Source: Terriglobales bacterium (GTDB taxonomy: Bacteria; Acidobacteriota; Terriglobia; Terriglobales; Acidobacteriaceae). From it: a DNA stretch of 64,000 bases. Under the pieces are notes generated by a model. The model did not search any database and was not told where the DNA came from. It saw nothing but the letters and a program-made list of their open reading frames with translations. A program made the position numbers and the translations under genes. The DNA is taken from the NCBI GenBank assembly GCA_025934735.1, contig JAICWP010000009.1, positions 71,640 to 135,639 of the forward strand, given 5' to 3'. Position 1 is the stretch's first letter, and the number at the start of each line of letters is the position of its first letter. Positions 38,001 through 48,400 of the stretch are shown piece after piece.

Positions 38001-38672
38001 ATGGTGAAATTGATTCTGGCCGATAATCAGGCAATATTCCGGGCGGGGATCGCCAAAGTATTGGCGGTGGAGGACGACATGAGAATTGTCGCCCAAGCCC
38101 AGACTCTCGAGCAGTTGCTCATGGCGGTGGACAAGTTCCGCGCCGCCGTGGTTGTAGTAGCAAGCAACTTCCATCCTGACCTCACACCTATCGTGCAGGC
38201 CGCCGCTAAAGCCAAGACCCGTGTCGTCGTGCTGGCCGATACGGGCGAGACCTCCAGTCGCTTTATGAACACCGGCGCCCATGGTGTGGTTTACCGCAAC
38301 GTGACCGGTCCGGCGCTGGTGGAATGCGTACGCAAGACGGCCGCCGGCGAAAGCTGGGTGCAGGATTTAGCCGTGCCCACCGAGCTTACCGAGAACGATA
38401 TGGTGGGATTGCGGGTGCGCGATCGCCTGACCGCGAAGGAATTGCGCATCGTGGCGCTGATTGTGCAGGGCTATAAAAATAAGGAAATTGCCACCCAACT
38501 GGGCACCACCGAGCAGGTGATCAAGAATTATCTGCGCAATGTGTACGACAAAATCGGGGTGTCTGACCGGCTGGAGCTGGCGCTGTTCACTATTCACCAT
38601 CGCATACTGGCGGAAGCCGCCGCTGCCACCGCCGCAACCATGACCGCCGCACCCGCTCCCCAGGCAAACTGA
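38001..38672 (+). CDS. LuxR/NarL-family response regulator with atypical (pseudo-)receiver domain
   Basis: GerE HTH (LTAKELRIVALIVQGYKNKEIATQLGTTEQVIKNYLRNVYDKIGVSDRLELALF). The receiver reads LILADNQ, AAVVVVASNF (no acidic residue at the phospho-acceptor position) and GVVYRN (K becomes R). It starts 20 nt after the PilZ stop. Confidence 0.85.
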   Translation: MVKLILADNQAIFRAGIAKVLAVEDDMRIVAQAQTLEQLLMAVDKFRAAVVVVASNFHPDLTPIVQAAAKAKTRVVVLADTGETSSRFMNTGAHGVVYRNVTGPALVECVRKTAAGESWVQDLAVPTELTENDMVGLRVRDRLTAKELRIVALIVQGYKNKEIATQLGTTEQVIKNYLRNVYDKIGVSDRLELALFTIHHRILAEAAAATAATMTAAPAPQAN

Positions 38673-38690
38673 GCGTTCTCCAAAGTGAAG

Positions 38691-38720
38691 CGCCGCGCTT
38701 TGAGCGCGGCGTTTTTATTT
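38691..38720 (+). terminator. Rho-independent terminator after the PilZ/LuxR bicistron
   Basis: CGCCGCGC-TTTGA-GCGCGGCG followed by TTTTTATTT. Confidence 0.8.
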
Positions 38721-38802
38721 GGGTGTTTTTCTTTGCGCCGGCAGCGTGAGCCTGAACATAAACAGTCGCAACCGCGGATTAAGAACTGGACTGGCAAGTG
38801 GT

Positions 38803-39174
38803 TCAGTCGGAGGCGGCCTTTTCGTCGCTTTTGAGCAGTTCGTTGACGATGGTGACCAGTTCTTCGGGATTGACGGGTTTTTCCAGGTAGAGGTCGGCCA
38901 ACGGTTCGGCGGCCTGAAAGGCTTCGGCCACATAACCGGACACCACCACTACGGGTAGGGCGGGCCGGTTTTTGGCGGCCTGCACTACAGCGCGGCCATT
39001 GGCGTCGCCCAGTCGCCAATCGGTGACCACGGCGTCGTAGTTGTTGTGGGAGAGCTTGGCGATGGCATCGTGGGCGGAAGTGGCGGCGGTGACGGTGTGG
39101 CCGGCGGACTCCAGGATGGCGCACTTCAGCGCCACCACATTCGGCTCATCGTCCACACAGAGAATTCTGGCCAT
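38803..39174 (-). CDS. Single-domain CheY-like response regulator (canonical receiver)
   Basis: ILCVDDEP, VVTDWRLGD (acceptor Asp), VVVSG and LEKP are all present. Confidence 0.85.
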   Translation of the reverse strand: MARILCVDDEPNVVALKCAILESAGHTVTAATSAHDAIAKLSHNNYDAVVTDWRLGDANGRAVVQAAKNRPALPVVVVSGYVAEAFQAAEPLADLYLEKPVNPEELVTIVNELLKSDEKAASD

Positions 39175-39391
39175 AACCTACTTCGCCAGTTCCAGCCCCA
39201 CGGGGGGCGAGGCCTGAGATACCCCACCTAGCCATCTCATTCTCCGGCAGGCGGATAAGCCATGTCAATGCTTACCGTAGATCCAGGCGGGCTAGAGGCT
39301 CTAACCAGGAACTCGGGCGCACAGGTCCTCGCCACCTCAGGCAAGCTGCTGCTACCATGGACATAGCGAAGCGACAAAGGCCCGGGTTGTC

Positions 39392-42010
39392 ATGAGCGGG
39401 AAGACGGTTTCCCACTATCGTATCGTCAGCCAGATTGGCGGCGGCGGGATGGGTGTGGTCTACGAGGCCGAGGACTTGAACCTGGGCCGCCGTGTAGCCC
39501 TCAAATTCCTTTCCCAAGAAGTAGCGGGCGATCCCGCCGTATTGGAGCGCTTTCAGCGTGAAGCCCGCGCAGCTTCCGCACTCGACCACCCCAACATCTG
39601 CACGGTTTACGATTTCGGGCAGCAGGACGGGCAGCCCTTTCTGGCCATGCAGTTGCTCGACGGGCAGACGCTCAAGCAGCGTATCGCCGGCAAGCCGATG
39701 GATCTGGATACCGTCCTGGAGCTTGCCATCCAGATCGCCGATGCCTTGGACGCCGCCCACGAGAAGGGCATCGTGCACCGCGACATCAAGCCAGCCAATA
39801 TCTTTGTCACCACCCGCGGGCAAGCCAAGATCCTGGACTTTGGTCTGGCCAAGTCTCTGCACCCCGTAATGGCGGCCCAGGCGACTGTCTCCGGCGCTGC
39901 GACGAGCAGCACAGCAGGCGATTCGCTGACCAGTTCCGGGGTCACACTGGGCACCGTCGCCTACATGTCGCCGGAGCAGATTCGCGGCAAGGAACTGGAC
40001 GCCCGCAGCGACCTTTTCTCCTTCGGTGCCCTCCTCTACGAGATGGTTACGGACACCGTGCCTTTTCGCGGCACAACTTCTGGCGCGGTTTTCGACTGCA
40101 TCCTGAACCGCGCTCCTACGGCAGCCGTCCGCCTCAATCCAGAGATCTCTCCTCAGCTGGCAGAGATCATTGAAAAGGCGCTGGAGAAGGATCGCGATCT
40201 GCGTTATCAGACCGCCGCAGAGATGCGCGCCGACCTGAAACGTCTGAAGCGAGACACCGACTCGGATCGCATACTGGCCACGGCTGACGCGCGGCCACCG
40301 CGGGCTAGTGATTATCGTTGGATCGTTTTGGCGGTAGCTGGCGCAGCAGCGCTGGCCGTGGCGGCGGTGTTCCTTCTGCGCGCTCCTCTTCCCGCGCCGC
40401 GCATTACTGGCTCGCGACAACTGACCAACGACGGCCTGCAGAAAATAATGCTGGTGGGCGACGGCAGCCGGCTTTACGTAACCGAGAGCTCCGGGACCAA
40501 TCAGACCATCGCGCAAGTTTCGGTAAACGGAGGCGAGACTGCGCCCCTCGATTTGCCCCTGAGCAATGCTATGGCCGGTGACATTTCGGCCGATGGGTCC
40601 GAGTTGCTGGTGGCGCAGTCGGCTCCAACGAACAGACCGCTTTGGTCACTGCCCCTTCCGGCCGGCGCACCTCGCCGTCTCGGTTCCATGACCCGCGGCG
40701 GCATCTGGGCGCCCAACGGGCAGCTTTTCTATCCGGTGGGACGGGACATCTATATTGCCGACCACGACGCCGGCAATCCGCGCAAGCTGGCCACGGCTCC
40801 CGGCATTGTGGTCAGCGCGGCTTATCCGCCCGACGGCAGCCGAATTCGCATGACCCTGGCCGATGAGACCACCAACAATTCCTCCCTGTGGGAGATGCGC
40901 GCAGACGGCAGCGGCATGCACGAACTGCTCCCCGGCTGGAATCGTCCCCCGCAGGAATGCTGCGGCAGATGGACGCCGGATGGCCGGTACTACGTTTTTC
41001 AGAGCACTCGCGAGGGAGCGACCAACCTGTGGGTAATGGCGGAGAGTTCGTCATTCTTGCACAGGAGCTCGCACCAGCCAATGCAGCTCACTGCGGGTCC
41101 ACTCTCCTTTTTCCGACCCCTGCCCAGCCGCGACGGCAAGAAGCTCTACGCGATTGGCATGCAACCGCGAGCCGAACTGGTGCGGTATGAAGCGAAATCA
41201 GGCGCCTTCCTGCCGTACCTGGGCGGCATCTCTGCCGGCGAAGTGGAGTTCTCCCGAGACGGCAAATGGATCACCTACGTCAGTTATCCCGAAGACGTCC
41301 TGTGGCGCAGCCGACCTGACGGCAGCGAGCGCCTGCCGTTGACCTTTCCGCCTATGCGAGCCGCACTTGCGCATTGGTCGCCGGATGGCCGCCAGATTGC
41401 CTTTTCCGGGATTACTCCGGGGCAGCCCTGGAAGGTTTTTCTCGTGCCCCGGGACGGCGGAGGTTCTACTGCGCTTACGAATGAAAATGAAGGAGAAACT
41501 GATCCCACCTGGTCAGCCGATGGCAAATACCTGGCGCTGGGCCACCAGCCCCGGGGCCAGCAGCATTTGTACATCGAGGCTGTCGAGTTGCAGACGCGCA
41601 AGGCCTTGCGCCTGCCCGGCTCGCAGGATGTATTTGGCCCGCGCTGGTCGCCGGATGGGCGCAGCATTGTTGCCATTTCCTATGACAATACCAAGCTAAT
41701 GCTCTTCGACACAGAGAAGCAGAGCTGGCGCCAGCTAGCCACCAACTTGGGATTGATTGGGTACATCACGTGGGCTGCCGATTCGCGCTTCCTTTATTTC
41801 GATACTTTGTTCAGCAGCCAACCGGCCTTCTACCAGTTGCGCATCAGCGACGGCGAAATGACCAAGATAGTGGACCTGAAATCGCTGCGTACTTTCCCCG
41901 GTCAGTTTGGCCCGGGCTCGTGGACGGGTCTGGCTCCCGACAAAACACCGCTATTCGTGCGCGACATCAGTACGCAAGAAATCTATGCGCTAGACTGGCA
42001 GCTGCCGTAA
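39392..42010 (+). CDS. Serine/threonine protein kinase fused to a TolB-like/WD40-like beta-propeller
   Basis: Hanks kinase motifs ([32 protein letters not shown]), a TM segment ([19 protein letters not shown]), then repeated ...SPDG..I.F... propeller blades. Confidence 0.9.
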   Translation: MSGKTVSHYRIVSQIGGGGMGVVYEAEDLNLGRRVALKFLSQEVAGDPAVLERFQREARAASALDHPNICTVYDFGQQDGQPFLAMQLLDGQTLKQRIAGKPMDLDTVLELAIQIADALDAAHEKGIVHRDIKPANIFVTTRGQAKILDFGLAKSLHPVMAAQATVSGAATSSTAGDSLTSSGVTLGTVAYMSPEQIRGKELDARSDLFSFGALLYEMVTDTVPFRGTTSGAVFDCILNRAPTAAVRLNPEISPQLAEIIEKALEKDRDLRYQTAAEMRADLKRLKRDTDSDRILATADARPPRASDYRWIVLAVAGAAALAVAAVFLLRAPLPAPRITGSRQLTNDGLQKIMLVGDGSRLYVTESSGTNQTIAQVSVNGGETAPLDLPLSNAMAGDISADGSELLVAQSAPTNRPLWSLPLPAGAPRRLGSMTRGGIWAPNGQLFYPVGRDIYIADHDAGNPRKLATAPGIVVSAAYPPDGSRIRMTLADETTNNSSLWEMRADGSGMHELLPGWNRPPQECCGRWTPDGRYYVFQSTREGATNLWVMAESSSFLHRSSHQPMQLTAGPLSFFRPLPSRDGKKLYAIGMQPRAELVRYEAKSGAFLPYLGGISAGEVEFSRDGKWITYVSYPEDVLWRSRPDGSERLPLTFPPMRAALAHWSPDGRQIAFSGITPGQPWKVFLVPRDGGGSTALTNENEGETDPTWSADGKYLALGHQPRGQQHLYIEAVELQTRKALRLPGSQDVFGPRWSPDGRSIVAISYDNTKLMLFDTEKQSWRQLATNLGLIGYITWAADSRFLYFDTLFSSQPAFYQLRISDGEMTKIVDLKSLRTFPGQFGPGSWTGLAPDKTPLFVRDISTQEIYALDWQLP

Positions 42011-42055
42011 AGCCAATCGTTGTTCTTGACTCTAAGCCGTTGGACCCAAAGAGAA

Positions 42056-42075
42056 GGGCGAGCCGCAGCTCGCCC
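42056..42075. terminator. Hairpin between convergent kinase and pruA genes (possible bidirectional terminator or REP)
   Basis: GGGCGAGC-CGCA-GCTCGCCC, an 8-bp stem with no U-tract. Confidence 0.3.
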
Positions 42076-42095
42076 CGCCTCCCCGAAACGATCAT

Positions 42096-43688
42096 CTACG
42101 TGGTTTTAATTCCTACCGACTTGGCCTGGGTGAATAGGTACAGGTAATCCGGGCCGCCCGACTTGGAATCCGTGCCCGACATATTGAACCCGCCGAAGGG
42201 GTGCGCCCCCACGATGGCACCCGTACATTTACGGTTGATGTACAGGTTCCCGACGTGGAACTCACGAATGGCGCGGTCCAGCTTGTCCTTGGAACTGGAG
42301 TAAACAGCGCCGGTGAGGCCGAATTCCGTGTCGTTGGCAATCTGCAGGGCGTCGTCGAAATTGCGCGACTTGATCACCGCCAGGACCGGGCCGAAAATTT
42401 CTTCCTGCTCGATGCGGTCGCCCGGTTTGACGTCGGCAATCACGGTGGGCTGCACGAACCAGCCCTCGCCGGCATTGCTGTCGCGCTTGCCGCCCGTCAG
42501 GACGCGCCCGCCTTGCTTCTGTCCCGCCTCAATATATTCGAGAATGGACTTCATCGAGCCCTCGTTGATCACCGGCCCCATTCCTGGGTTTTTCGCGGGA
42601 TCGCCCAAGGTGATCTTCTCCACGCGAGCTTTCAGGCGCTCCAGGAACTTGTCGTAGATGCGCTCATCAATGATGGCGCGCGAGCATGCCGAGCACTTCT
42701 GCCCGGAGAAGCCGAAAGCAGCCGCGGCCACGCCGTCCACCGCGGCATCGAGATTGGCATCCGCATCCACGATGATGGCGTCCTTGCCGCCCATCTCCAG
42801 GATGGTGCGCTTGATCCATACCTGGCCGGGCGCTTGTTCTGCGGCACGCTTGTTGATGTCTAGGCCCACTTCCCGCGAGCCGGTAAACGCGATAAAGCGC
42901 GTCTTGGGATGCGCCACCACGGCGTTACCGAAGCTGGCGCCCGCACCCGGGCAGAAATTGACCACGCCTTCCGGAAGGCCGGCTTCTTCCAGTGCTTCCA
43001 CGAATTTGGCTGCAATGGCGGGCGAGTCGCTGGAGGGCTTCAGGATCACGGTATTGCCGCACACAATGGAGGCCAACGTCATGCCGCCCATGATGGCGCT
43101 GGGAAAGTTCCACGGAGGAATTACCGCGCCCACGCCCAGCGGGATGTACATGAGCAAGTCGCGCTCGCCAGGCAGTTGTACCGGCGGTTCCGCCTTGGCC
43201 AGGCGCAGCGCTTCTCGCGGGTAGAATTCGCAGAAATCAATCAGCTCTGCGATGTCGGCATCGGCCTCGGCATAGTTCTTGCCGACTTCGAACACCATCC
43301 AGGCGGCGTACTCAAACTTGCGCTCGCGCAGGATCTCCGCCGTGCGGAACACGATGGCGGCCCGCTCTTCCACCGAGGTGCGGCTCCAGCTCTCAAACGC
43401 CTTGAGGGCCGCCTCCATCGCCGGTTCCACATGTTCCTTGCCGGCCTTCTGGAACAGCCCGACCAATTCCGAGGGCTTAGCCGGGTTGATGGATTTGATC
43501 TTGTCCTGAGTTTTTACCCGGCGACCGCCGATGATCAGGTCGTATTCGCGGCCGAGTTGGCCGCGCACTTCCTCCACTGCCGCTCGCATCTTGCGCGCGT
43601 TCTCTTCGCGCGTGAAGTCGGTCAGTGGCTCGTTGACGAAGGGCCCTTCATGAATCCGTGCCCGCGGCGGGGCTTGCATTGTCGCCAT
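42096..43688 (-). CDS. pruA: L-glutamate gamma-semialdehyde (1-pyrroline-5-carboxylate) dehydrogenase
   Basis: Start set at ATG 43688 (MATMQAPP...). Aldehyde-dehydrogenase blocks FTGS, EMGGKDA, GQKCSA and EEIFGPVLAV, plus the PruA/RocA-type end GAHPFGGFNMSGTDSKSGGPDYL. Confidence 0.9.
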   Translation of the reverse strand: MATMQAPPRARIHEGPFVNEPLTDFTREENARKMRAAVEEVRGQLGREYDLIIGGRRVKTQDKIKSINPAKPSELVGLFQKAGKEHVEPAMEAALKAFESWSRTSVEERAAIVFRTAEILRERKFEYAAWMVFEVGKNYAEADADIAELIDFCEFYPREALRLAKAEPPVQLPGERDLLMYIPLGVGAVIPPWNFPSAIMGGMTLASIVCGNTVILKPSSDSPAIAAKFVEALEEAGLPEGVVNFCPGAGASFGNAVVAHPKTRFIAFTGSREVGLDINKRAAEQAPGQVWIKRTILEMGGKDAIIVDADANLDAAVDGVAAAAFGFSGQKCSACSRAIIDERIYDKFLERLKARVEKITLGDPAKNPGMGPVINEGSMKSILEYIEAGQKQGGRVLTGGKRDSNAGEGWFVQPTVIADVKPGDRIEQEEIFGPVLAVIKSRNFDDALQIANDTEFGLTGAVYSSSKDKLDRAIREFHVGNLYINRKCTGAIVGAHPFGGFNMSGTDSKSGGPDYLYLFTQAKSVGIKTT

Positions 43689-44065
43689 GATTACGCCTCT
43701 CTTAAGTGTCCCGGTAGGACCCGGGAAACGGTAGGAAACCATCAATTTTACACCCCGGGGAGCGAGAACACGCCGAGGTGGGATCGTAGTCGGGTGCGCC
43801 GCGCCATCAGGGCAGCAAACCGGCTGGCGCGGGTCTGTCCGTGTAAGAGCAGGTCCCAGAACAACTTAGCCGTCCAACATCTTCTGCCCGGGAAGAATCC
43901 AATTTAACTGTAAACGGGGCATATCCAGTCCTAGAGAAGAGGGAAAAGCTTATGTGGGCAGTGGCATTGAGCGGTGTAGCTGTGTTGATCGCGGCAGCCG
44001 TAGCCGCGGCTCGAGAGGTCCACAACGAGTCTCGGCGGCCCTTCGGCTGCTGCTGAAAAAGAGCA

Positions 44066-44173
44066 GGTTTCAAGGTTTAAAACCAAGTTTCAGAGTTTCA
44101 GGGTCTCCATGGTTCAGAAACTCTCAGCAACAGTCTGGACGCGAAACCTTGAAACCGGCCTAACCTTGAAACC
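44066..44173. repeat. AACCTTGAAACC-family repeat cluster forming a long imperfect hairpin
   Basis: GGTTTCAAGGTTT (44066-44078) is the exact reverse complement of AAACCTTGAAACC (44144-44156). Inner arms AGAGTTTC / GAAACTCT also pair. An extra copy AACCTTGAAACC lies at 44162-44173. Confidence 0.7.
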
Positions 44174-44178
44174 TGCAG

Positions 44179-45216
44179 CTAACGCCTTCCCAGAAACTCT
44201 GCTATCGCGGCGCTGACTTTGGCTTGGTCGCAGCCCGGACCGAGGTGGCCGCAATCGTTTTCCAGCACCATTGTTTCAGCGCTCTTTAGTTTGGCAAAAT
44301 CCAGCGCCGGGCGGGGTGTAACCATGTGATCGTGCGCGTCCACAACGATCAGCATGGGCGCCTTCACCGCGGCGGCTGCTTTTTCCATGGAGCCGCCAAA
44401 GGGCGCGCTCACGTCGAGTCCCATCATGGCCTGCGCCTGGCGAATGCGGTCGTTGCTGTCGAAGCGTGTATCGGCCGGCTTTTTCAGCGAATCGAAAAAT
44501 TTCTGCCGCGTCATCTCGTGGTTGTAATGCTCGGGAGTGGAGAGCGCCAATTCGCCGATCTGCTCCACTTCATGAGGCACCGGCTGCTTTTCGTAGTTTC
44601 CATCCTTCCACAGCGGATTTTGCTCGATGGCGTCAACCATGGTTTGCCAGAGCAGCAGGTCATAGGGCGCCAGCCGGGGCGAGCCTACGATCGGAATCGC
44701 CTTGTCCATGAAGTCGGGATAGGCGACAGCCCACTGAAAGGTCTGCATGCCGCCCATGGAGATGCCCATTACCGCGTGTACATGGGTGAGGTGCAGCACG
44801 TGTGTGAGCAACTCATGCTGGCTCTCCACCATGTCGCGGATGGCGAACTGGGGAAATTTCATGCGCCGCTGTGCCCGGCTGTTGGAAGGCGAGCAGGAAA
44901 CCCCATCCCCCAGTGCGTCCACCGCCACAACAAAATATTTTGTGCTGTCTACCAGCTTGCCCGGACCGATTAAGTCCACCAGGTCCTGGGTGCGCCCGCC
45001 GAACCAGGTGGGAAAGAGAACTGCATTGGATTTGTCGTCGTTCAGCTGCCCGAAGGTGCGATAGCCGATGCGGCAGTCGCGGATTACTTCCCCGCTCTGC
45101 AACTTCAGGTTGCCGATACTGGCGAACTGCTGCGCGCCGGCAACCGGAGGTTTTTGCGCGCTGGCGGTTACAACCAGCACGATGGCGGTCGCGACTAGGC
45201 GGACGGTTTTTTTCAT
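44179..45216 (-). CDS. Secreted alpha/beta-fold hydrolase (homoserine O-acetyltransferase/MetX-like fold)
   Basis: Start set at ATG 45216 (MKKTVRLVATAIVLVVTASAQ). Nucleophile elbow GISMGGMQ and the MetX-like block NAVLFPTWFGGRT. Confidence 0.7.
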   Translation of the reverse strand: MKKTVRLVATAIVLVVTASAQKPPVAGAQQFASIGNLKLQSGEVIRDCRIGYRTFGQLNDDKSNAVLFPTWFGGRTQDLVDLIGPGKLVDSTKYFVVAVDALGDGVSCSPSNSRAQRRMKFPQFAIRDMVESQHELLTHVLHLTHVHAVMGISMGGMQTFQWAVAYPDFMDKAIPIVGSPRLAPYDLLLWQTMVDAIEQNPLWKDGNYEKQPVPHEVEQIGELALSTPEHYNHEMTRQKFFDSLKKPADTRFDSNDRIRQAQAMMGLDVSAPFGGSMEKAAAAVKAPMLIVVDAHDHMVTPRPALDFAKLKSAETMVLENDCGHLGPGCDQAKVSAAIAEFLGRR

Positions 45217-45493
45217 GGCGGACGGCATTCTAATACGGCGGGTTTGTCTCGCGCCGCTGCCCACGGTTGCGTGCGATTGGGTGGGCATAACAATTGTCAT
45301 CTACAAAAACCTGTATTGCTCCTATGTAAATTGGTGGTGTTGGTGGGCCTTAGCTGTCTAAGTTATTGGTTTTTGTCGGAGTTGGCTGCTAAACCCTTAA
45401 CCAGATTTGGGCTCTGAATTGCACAGTAGCTGACAAATCTCTCAGGCCCATTTGTTGGACGTCTATGTCTACAAAAAAATTCAGGAGCACCAG

Positions 45494-48400
45494 ATGCGCA
45501 TCGCTAAGCTGATCTTCCTATTCGCCTTCGCAGCCTTGCTCAGCGTCTACGTATTTGCCCAGACGGGAACCTCGTCCCTACGCGGAACGGTAACTGATCC
45601 TAAGGGAGCAGTGATCCCCGGGGCCACTGTGACCATATCCAACCCGCAGACGGGCTACACCCGGACTGTGAAGTCGAACTCCCAGGGTGTGTACCAGTTC
45701 CTGGAAGTGCCGCCGGCCACCTATAAGCTGACGTCCGACGCCAGCGGGTTTGCCACCCTGACGCAAGCCAACGTGATCCTGATGGTCAACACGCCGGCGA
45801 TGTTGGATCTAGGCATGCAGGTGGCGGGAGCTGCCACGACGGTGGAGGTGACAGGCGCCGCGCCGCTGGTCAATACGCAGGACGCCAGCCTGGGGCATGC
45901 GTTCAACGCCCTGCAAATTCAGGATCTGCCGTTTGAAGGGCGCGATCCAGCAGGCATTCTGAGCCTGCAGGCGGGCGTAGCGTACACCGGCAACAATGAC
46001 CAGGCGATGCCGCAGAGCCAGGACAGCCGCAGCGGTTCAGTCGCTGGCGCGCGCAGTGACCAGGCCAACATCACCATCGATGGTGTGGACAACAATGATC
46101 CCATCCTGGGCCAAGCCTTTCAGGGGGCCCTTCGCGCCACACTGGATTCGTTGCAGGAATTTCGCGTGACCACCACCGGCGGCAACGCCGATGAAGGGCG
46201 TTCCTCTGGAGCACAGGTGGTTCTGGTCACCAAGAGCGGCACCAACGATTTTCACGGCACTTTGTACGAATACCATCGCCCGACTTTCACCACGGCCAAC
46301 GACTGGTTCGTGAAGAACGCGCAACTCGGTGCGGGCGAGCCGAATATTCCCGGCAAGCTGATCCGCAACACCTTCGGAGGCGCCATTGGGGGACCGATAA
46401 AGAAAGATCGGCTGTTCTTCTTTGCCACCTATGAAGGACAACGCTTGCGGGAGAACACGTCTATCGTTCGCACCGTGCCCAGCGCCGACCTGCGCAATGG
46501 CTTCATCAGTTACATCACGGACACGGGCACAGTGCAGCGGCTATCACCAGCTGACATTGCCAGCATGGATCCGAACTGCAGCACCACTTGCCCACTCGGG
46601 CCAGGTGCGAATCCGGCTGTCATGCAGATTTTCAAGCAGTACCCGCTGCCCAATACCAATATCGTGGGCGACGGATTCAACTTCCGCGGCTTCCAGTTCA
46701 CGGCTGGCGCTCCTGCCAAACGGGACACGTATATTGTGAAGCTGGACTACAACCTAACGCAAAACGGCAACCACCGGCTGTTTGTGCGCGGCAACTTGCA
46801 GAACGACAGTGTTGCCGGCATAGGCAACGATGGGCCCGAGTTCCCCGGCGATCCCCCGAACGTCACCAACAAGGGCAATAACAAGGGCATCTCGGTCGGC
46901 TACACCGCTATCCTTCGGGATAACCTCATCAACAATTTCCGTTATGGCTTCATACGGGAAGGCATTGACAACGTGGGCTTGCAGAACTCTGCATTCGTCA
47001 ACTTCCGCGGTCTGAATGACCTCAACGGCCAAACCCCCACGACCCGGGTCACTGTCCCAATGCACAACCTGGTGGACGATGTCACCTGGACCAAAGGCAA
47101 GCACACCTTCCAGTTCGGCGGTAATATCCGCATCATCAATGACGAGCGACTGGGCAATACCGACTCGTTTAACTTTGGCCAGACCAACGTTTCCTGGTTA
47201 CAGGCCGCGGGCATTGCCGGGTCGGGCGGAACCCTTGACCCGGGGAATTTCGGCTTCCCAGCTGTTTCCAGCGACTTCGGCCAGTCCTACGACTTGCCGA
47301 TGGCGGCTTTGGCAGGTCTGGTTCCTTTCGTCGAGGGCGAGTACAACCGTAACAAGACCGCTGCCCTTCTGCCTCAAGGCGCCTTTGTGCCGCGGCATTT
47401 CAAGGCGCACGAGGCGGAATGGTACGCGCAGGACACGTTGCGGGTAACCCCAAGTCTGACTCTGACCTTTGGTGCTCGCTATACCCTGCTGCAGCCACCT
47501 TACGAGGTGAACGGTAACCAGGTTGCCCCAACCATTGACCTCAGCCAGTTCTACACGCAGCGTGGGCAGTTGGCGCAGCAGGGTCTGCCCTACAATGTCT
47601 GCCCTCCCGATCCGAACAAGTGCACTAACCTGGTTGGATTGGGGCTTTCCGGGCCGGCCAACGGCAAGCCGCCTCTCTGGAACTGGGACTATGGAAACAT
47701 CGCGCCCCGCTTCTCTTTCGCTTGGGCTCCGTCGTATGACAGCGGCATCCTCAAGCACATCACTGGGGGCAGCGCTGGCAAATTTTCCGTGCGCGGCGGT
47801 TACGGCATCTACTACGACCATTTCGGCGAAGGCATCGTCAACAGCTTCGACCGCAATGGCTCGTTCGGACTGACTACCCTGATTGACAACCCCGCTGGCA
47901 CGCAGACGCCCGATACCAGCCCGCGATTCAGCCAGCCCAGCGTTACCACTATTCCGACCATGTCGGCCATCGGCAATATTCTGCCGCCCCCTCCCAGCGG
48001 GCCATTCCCCAGTATTCCGCCTGCGGACCTTGGTGGTGGAGGTTTTGCTATTACCTGGGGCCTGGATGGCAAAATGCATACTCCGTACTCCCACGTGGTG
48101 AATTTCAGCGTTACCCGAGAACTGCCAAAGAACTTCGTGGTGGAGGCGTCCTATGTTGGCCGCTTCGCCCACCACCTGCTGCAGGAAGAGGACATGTCCC
48201 AACCGGTGGATCTGGTGGATCCCAAGTCGCACATGGACTACTTCACAGCGGCCACGCTCTTGGCGAAGGCGGCAAACGCCGGCGTGCCGATTCAGCAAAT
48301 CAAGAACATTCCCTTCTGGCAGAATTTCTTCCCCAGCGCTGCCGGAGCTGCCGCTACCCAGCTTGGGTTTGGGTTTGGACCCGGAAACGGCTGCGCACCG

